Source of the DNA: an uncultured delta proteobacterium
GTDB taxonomy: Bacteria; Desulfobacterota; Binatia; Bin18
DNA length: 64,000 bases
Direction of reading: 5' to 3'
Assembly: GCA_963733195.1 (NCBI GenBank)
Contig: CAVTCR010000062.1
Span: 192,001-256,000 of the forward strand
The notes below the pieces were generated by a model, which was not told the origin of the DNA, did not search any database, and was given only the letters and a program-made list of their open reading frames with translations. A program made the translations under genes and the position numbers. This document shows, in pieces, positions 63,505 to 64,000 of the stretch (within the stretch, counting starts at the first letter, position 1; every line of letters starts with the position of its first letter).

Positions 63505-64000
63505 ATGTTACAAGTGTATTCCATGCCCGTCGGTTGGCTTGAGTTCGATAGCAAACTATTTTTTCCTAATCGTCCACTCGGTACGATGATGACCATTCCG
63601 GTGCCGAGCTACCTCATCACCCATCCCAAGGGCAACGTCGTCTTCGATACAGGCGTGCATTGCCAGGTCATGCAAGATCCAGTTGCGCGCTTGGGTGAAG
63701 CGATGGCAAAAAGCTTCGTGTCACGCACCAAACCAGGTGAAGAAATTGTTGCCCAGCTTGCACAGTTCAAACTCACCCCGAACGACATCAAATATGTGAT
63801 TAATTCACATTTTCATTTTGATCACTGTGGTGGTAACGAATTCTTCCCTCAGTCCACGATCCTCGTACAAAAAAACGAGTTGGAGACCGCCCACGATCCC
63901 AAGCTATGCAAGAAAGCGTTTTTTGATCCCAAAGATTGGGACCACAAGTTGAACTATCAGACGGTGGACGGCGAATACGATATCTTCGGCGATGGCACGT
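63505..64000 (+). CDS. Metallo-beta-lactamase fold, N-acyl-homoserine lactonase family (runs off window end)
   Basis: Manual translation: IPVPSYLITHPKGNVVFDTG...INSHFHFDHCGGN; RBS AGGAGG; not in ORF track. Confidence 0.88.
   Translation, partial: MLQVYSMPVGWLEFDSKLFFPNRPLGTMMTIPVPSYLITHPKGNVVFDTGVHCQVMQDPVARLGEAMAKSFVSRTKPGEEIVAQLAQFKLTPNDIKYVINSHFHFDHCGGNEFFPQSTILVQKNELETAHDPKLCKKAFFDPKDWDHKLNYQTVDGEYDIFGDGT

Overview
Bacterial window, GC about 55-60%; gene content and repeat style suggest a Binatia/deltaproteobacterial genome (inference). Left part (1 to ~36.4 kb): an accessory envelope/stress island (OmpA, PrsW, GlsB, LysM/BON, two paralogous alpha/beta-hydrolase lipoproteins, sulfatase/FGE, beta-barrels, glgX remnant, MscS, DUF4105, Rap1a-like, aqpZ). 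It also carries an EAL protein, a PAS kinase/FixJ pair and two paralogous winged-helix + STAND-ATPase(+TPR) regulators. The main observation is a 70-bp promoter-like cassette present seven times, plus one shortened divergent copy. It has four TGAAC boxes at 12/12/19-bp spacing followed exactly 12 bp later by a -10-like hexamer, and always points into the downstream gene, which defines a probable undescribed regulon. Right part: an IS-split SnoaL gene, a cyclase-TPR gene, DUF1329 genes, ilvE, Fe-S helper genes, an amidohydrolase/enoyl-CoA hydratase/acyl-CoA ligase cluster bracketed by two desulforedoxin-like miniproteins absent from the ORF track, and two lanthanide-type PQQ dehydrogenases with an atypical CxxxCH cytochrome. 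Many small frameshifts look like sequencing indels, so single-frameshift pseudogene calls are uncertain. No rRNA, tRNA or CRISPR array was seen.
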